A stretch of 64,000 nt of DNA from NCBI GenBank assembly GCA_963706575.1, contig CAVPNL010000015.1:288001-352000 (forward strand). Direction: 5' to 3'. Origin of the DNA: an uncultured delta proteobacterium (lineage in GTDB: Bacteria > Desulfobacterota > Desulfobacteria > Desulfobacterales > JAHEIW01). The translations under genes and the position numbers were made by a program. Below are positions 60,672-64,000 of this stretch, in pieces (position 1 is the first letter of the stretch; every line of letters starts with the position of its first letter). The notes under the pieces are model-generated. The model was not told the origin of the DNA and did not search any database. It was given only the letters and a program-made list of their open reading frames with translations.

Positions 60672-61799
60672 ATGCCGTTGTTTTACAAGCTTGACGGATT
60701 GGGTAATGATACCGCTAGAGTCGCAGGTCGCCTCGCGTCGTTGCGCCAGGCGTTGCAAACCCATGCGGATGGGCCTGAACGCAGCGTGCCCAACAAAAAT
60801 GTCACCGACACCCTCCTGCTGGCCACCTGGAATCTGAAAGAATTCGAAGGCGGCAAAAATGATAACCGCACGGCAGAATCCTACTGGTATATCGCCGAGA
60901 TCATTTCGCATTTCGATCTGATCGCCATTCAGGAAGTCGGCGCCCACCTGGGGGCGCTGAATAAGCTGCGAGCAAGGCTGGGCCGTACCTGGAGATTTGT
61001 GGTCAGCGATGTAACCGAAGGCTCGGCCGGCAACCAGGAACGCTTGGCCTTTTTGTTTGACCGCCGCAAAATTCGCTTCAGCGGAGTGGCCGGTGAAATT
61101 GTCATTCCGCCGATCGAAGACAAAAAGGGCAAAACAATTGCACCCGCCAATCAGCTGGCACGCACGCCCACCATCGTCGGCTTCGAGGCCGGCTGGTTCC
61201 GCTTTATGCTGTCTACCGTTCACATTATCTGGGGCCAGGAGGTGGCTGAACATCCCGATCGCGTGGCCGAAATTCAGGCCCTGGCTCAACTCCTCAAGCA
61301 GCGCACCGAAGACCCGACGGCCTGGAGTCGCAACTTGATTTTGCTCGGCGATTTTAATATTTTTGAAGCCGATCGGGCGAACGCGGCTTTTAATGCCATC
61401 ACCCAAAACGGTTTTCAAATACCGCAAGCGCTGCAAAACATACCCCCTTCCAATGTCGGCAAAAAACGGCGCTTTTATGATCAAATCGCATTAAAGGCGC
61501 GGCAAAACAATCTGGCCCCCACCGGCCGCGGCGGTGTTTTTGACTATTTTAATCAAATCTATCGAAATGAAGACTATGAAGCCTATATTGCGGCCATGAT
61601 GGGCGGCAGGGCCGAAGATGATCCCGCCAACCCCTTAGTGTATGATACCAAGGGCAACGTTCGCACCGAAAAACAGCGCCGTGCCTACTACCGCAATCAC
61701 TGGCGGCGGAGGCAGATGTCAGACCATCTGGCGATGTGGCTGGAATTAAGGATTGATTACGGCGAGGAATATCTCGCGAAGAGAAAGTCTGATCCCTGA
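60672..61799 (+). CDS. Endonuclease/exonuclease/phosphatase (DNase I-like) family protein
   Basis: ATWNL, AIQEV, LGDFN, YDQI and SDH motifs; GGAG RBS. Confidence 0.88.
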   Translation: MPLFYKLDGLGNDTARVAGRLASLRQALQTHADGPERSVPNKNVTDTLLLATWNLKEFEGGKNDNRTAESYWYIAEIISHFDLIAIQEVGAHLGALNKLRARLGRTWRFVVSDVTEGSAGNQERLAFLFDRRKIRFSGVAGEIVIPPIEDKKGKTIAPANQLARTPTIVGFEAGWFRFMLSTVHIIWGQEVAEHPDRVAEIQALAQLLKQRTEDPTAWSRNLILLGDFNIFEADRANAAFNAITQNGFQIPQALQNIPPSNVGKKRRFYDQIALKARQNNLAPTGRGGVFDYFNQIYRNEDYEAYIAAMMGGRAEDDPANPLVYDTKGNVRTEKQRRAYYRNHWRRRQMSDHLAMWLELRIDYGEEYLAKRKSDP

Positions 61800-61813
61800 A
61801 GTTGCAAAGATTC

Positions 61814-61959
61814 TAGAACGCATCTCAAAAATAGGATTTTGGCTCAAGATTGCGGCGGGGCCGAGTTTAAAACCGGAGGCATACTGTTGTATGTTGAGGA
61901 TTTTAAACGAGGCTCCAACAAAGATATTGGGCCAAAAGACATTTTTGGGATGGGTTCTA
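61814..61959 (+). mobile_element. MITE family A, copy 3
   Basis: tagaacgcatctcaaaaat ... atttttgggatgggttcta; aligns with the 19158 copy. Confidence 0.9.
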
Positions 61960-61996
61960 AATGCCTGCGGGACCTTGCTGACTACAGACCTGTTCA

Positions 61997-63400
61997 TTAC
62001 TCGATTTTTTTCCGACTGGCACTTATCTTTTGAGAGGTCTCCGATGTTGCTGCGCCCGGTGTTTTATTCCCTTTAAATCCAACGGTCCAGACTTTAACCT
62101 TACCGGTAGTGGTGGAATAGGTTTGAAAGCGCAACTTTCCGGTTTCCAGAAGGTAAGTATAATCAAAGTTGGTGGAATGAATACCAAGGGTCTCCACATG
62201 ATAGGGCAACCAGCTGATGCCGTTGTTAATGCTGCGGTGCAGTTTGTTGTGTCCGTCAACCGCGGTCAGGATACCGTTTGCATCCGTCAGAATCCGGGCC
62301 GGAATGTATTCAAAAGGCAATTTTGCAGGCGTAGACCATCCAACCCCGGGACGCCATAAGGACCACCAGGCGGAATCGTTATTGTTGTCAGCAAAAGATA
62401 CGGCCGGATGCCCGTCTGCTGTTACCCCCACATAGCTGGTGTACCACAAACTGCCGTCGCTGCCGGTCCAGTCAGGACCGACAACCACGTCTCCGTTTGC
62501 AAGCGTAATCGGCATCGTTTTGTATGGCGAACCGTCAGCGCGTTTAAACGTGTCTCCGCCATCATCTGAATACCCATAAAGCACATGGGTATGATAGCCC
62601 GGAGATCCATTACCGTCATCCACCACCCAGGTAACGTGCATGCGATTGTTGCGGTCAAAAAAGATGCGTGTCCGATAAGGTTGATAGGCCGTATCGCCCG
62701 CCCCTGAATCATTCCAGAAAAAGGTTTTCTCATCATGGAGGTAATCATTTCCACCCAGCATCACCCAGATTTTGGCGTCGGCATCATATCGCGCAATAGC
62801 TGCGGCCATGATTCCCGGGGACCAGCCGGTACCGAATTTGATTCGATGGCGAAAGGCAATGTAAAGCACCCCGTTGGTGTCCCGGGCAAAAGAGGGATAG
62901 GTAATCCAGGTTCCCGGAATGGTCCGGGATTGATTTCCCCCGACAAATGTAAAGGAGGAGATATCTTCCGGTTTATCGGAAACGACATATTGCCAGGCAT
63001 ATTCATAGTAGGGATTGCCTGTTTTGGGATGATTAAACGGAGAATGATGCATATTGCCGGCAACATGAATATACCCGTTGCGGTCAATGCCCACAGAGGC
63101 GCCATTATACCAGGGGCTTTTGTCGGTTTCTTCAAAGATAACATTTTTAGAAACCGAACCATCTGACGACTTCTTGACAATCAGCGTCTTTAATTGCCGG
63201 TTCACATAGACATAGTAAATGGCATCGTTGTATGTTGCCACCGGTGTTTGCCAATCGCTGCCGGTTACCTTGCAAGCATCACTAAATTCAAATTCTTTGA
63301 TTATGGTGACGGTTTCCGGTGACGGTTGCCCCCATGCCGTCATTGCATTTATTATTATCGCCACCGGAACCGCCACCAAAGCGTGGCAAAAACGCCTCAT
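61997..63400 (-). CDS. Secreted BNR/Asp-box repeat beta-propeller protein
   Basis: Signal peptide; SDDGGDTF and SINNGISW Asp-boxes; GYIHVAGNMH. Confidence 0.8.
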   Translation of the reverse strand: MRRFCHALVAVPVAIIINAMTAWGQPSPETVTIIKEFEFSDACKVTGSDWQTPVATYNDAIYYVYVNRQLKTLIVKKSSDGSVSKNVIFEETDKSPWYNGASVGIDRNGYIHVAGNMHHSPFNHPKTGNPYYEYAWQYVVSDKPEDISSFTFVGGNQSRTIPGTWITYPSFARDTNGVLYIAFRHRIKFGTGWSPGIMAAAIARYDADAKIWVMLGGNDYLHDEKTFFWNDSGAGDTAYQPYRTRIFFDRNNRMHVTWVVDDGNGSPGYHTHVLYGYSDDGGDTFKRADGSPYKTMPITLANGDVVVGPDWTGSDGSLWYTSYVGVTADGHPAVSFADNNNDSAWWSLWRPGVGWSTPAKLPFEYIPARILTDANGILTAVDGHNKLHRSINNGISWLPYHVETLGIHSTNFDYTYLLETGKLRFQTYSTTTGKVKVWTVGFKGNKTPGAATSETSQKISASRKKIE

Positions 63401-64000
63401 GGTTACTCTCCTTTATCACTACCTGAATCTTGCATGAAAATAGATGAGAAACTCCGACTCGTGTAAAATTCAGGTACCACCTCCGACATTCGATTGCCGA
63501 ACCCTGTAACCGTAAAGCCCCCCGGCTGTTTGTGGTTTGCAGCCATCCAGAAAGAAATGCCTTGCTTTGCCATGTTGCCATGCACTTGCACGGTAGCGAT
63601 AAAATCAGGTGCAAAATGAATACCACATCAGCCGTTCGGGCGACCCGGGATTTACGATTGTTTCACCAACTTTCAAAACCTGTGTGTAATCAATTCCTTA
63701 GGCCTTTGGGAATTTTCAAAGCAAACCGGGTCTCTCCCGTTATGAAAATCATTAGGAGATGTTGATGATGATTCTACCGGTGGTATGTACGATAAATTAT
63801 ACTTTCGCGTATACAGAATGATAATTATCGGAGATCACAACCGAATTTCTAAATGGTGGATACACAATTATTTTGAATAATATGATAGACTTGCATCCAA
63901 ATCATCAGGTTTTAGCCTTTATATAGTTGCTAATTTGACTGTTTTCAGTATAAAATTGCAAAACTGCAGGGAAAAATCATAATCCACTTTTTTGATCTTT

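Noticed and set aside
63480..63600. Possible riboswitch upstream of the BNR gene
   Set aside because: Some pairing potential, but I could not match any riboswitch consensus by eye; an Infernal/Rfam scan would decide.

Overview
This looks like a chromosomal region of an anaerobic Desulfobacterota-type (deltaproteobacterial) bacterium. That assignment is inferred from CooS, aldehyde:ferredoxin oxidoreductase (AOR), ferredoxin:thioredoxin reductase, a DVU0772-like protein and sigma-54 regulators. There are about 55 CDS, and I found no rRNA, tRNA, CRISPR array or transposase. The main gene blocks are: (1) a two-component/USP/antiporter cluster; (2) fur-citrate synthase-FTR-glutaredoxin, divergent from a standalone cooS with a near-perfect sigma-54 promoter; (3) an AOR/acyl-CoA ligase/SCP2/MoaD operon; (4) split transketolase and ABC transporters; (5) a lexA-DUF72-imuB-like-dnaE2 mutagenesis cassette with no imuA and an unusual direct-repeat operator; (6) a TetR-led operon of SpeD-like decarboxylase, GNAT, ATP-grasp ligase and PLP decarboxylase that may be an unassigned amine/amide biosynthetic pathway. 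The most striking unexplained signal is non-coding. About 25 intergenic spacers hold gene-less palindromic elements: MITE-like elements with a covarying, strand-asymmetric internal stem-loop, and several families built from mirrored arrays of 7-10 nt microrepeats, often nested inside each other. Five single-base frameshifts in otherwise intact genes are most likely sequencing errors.
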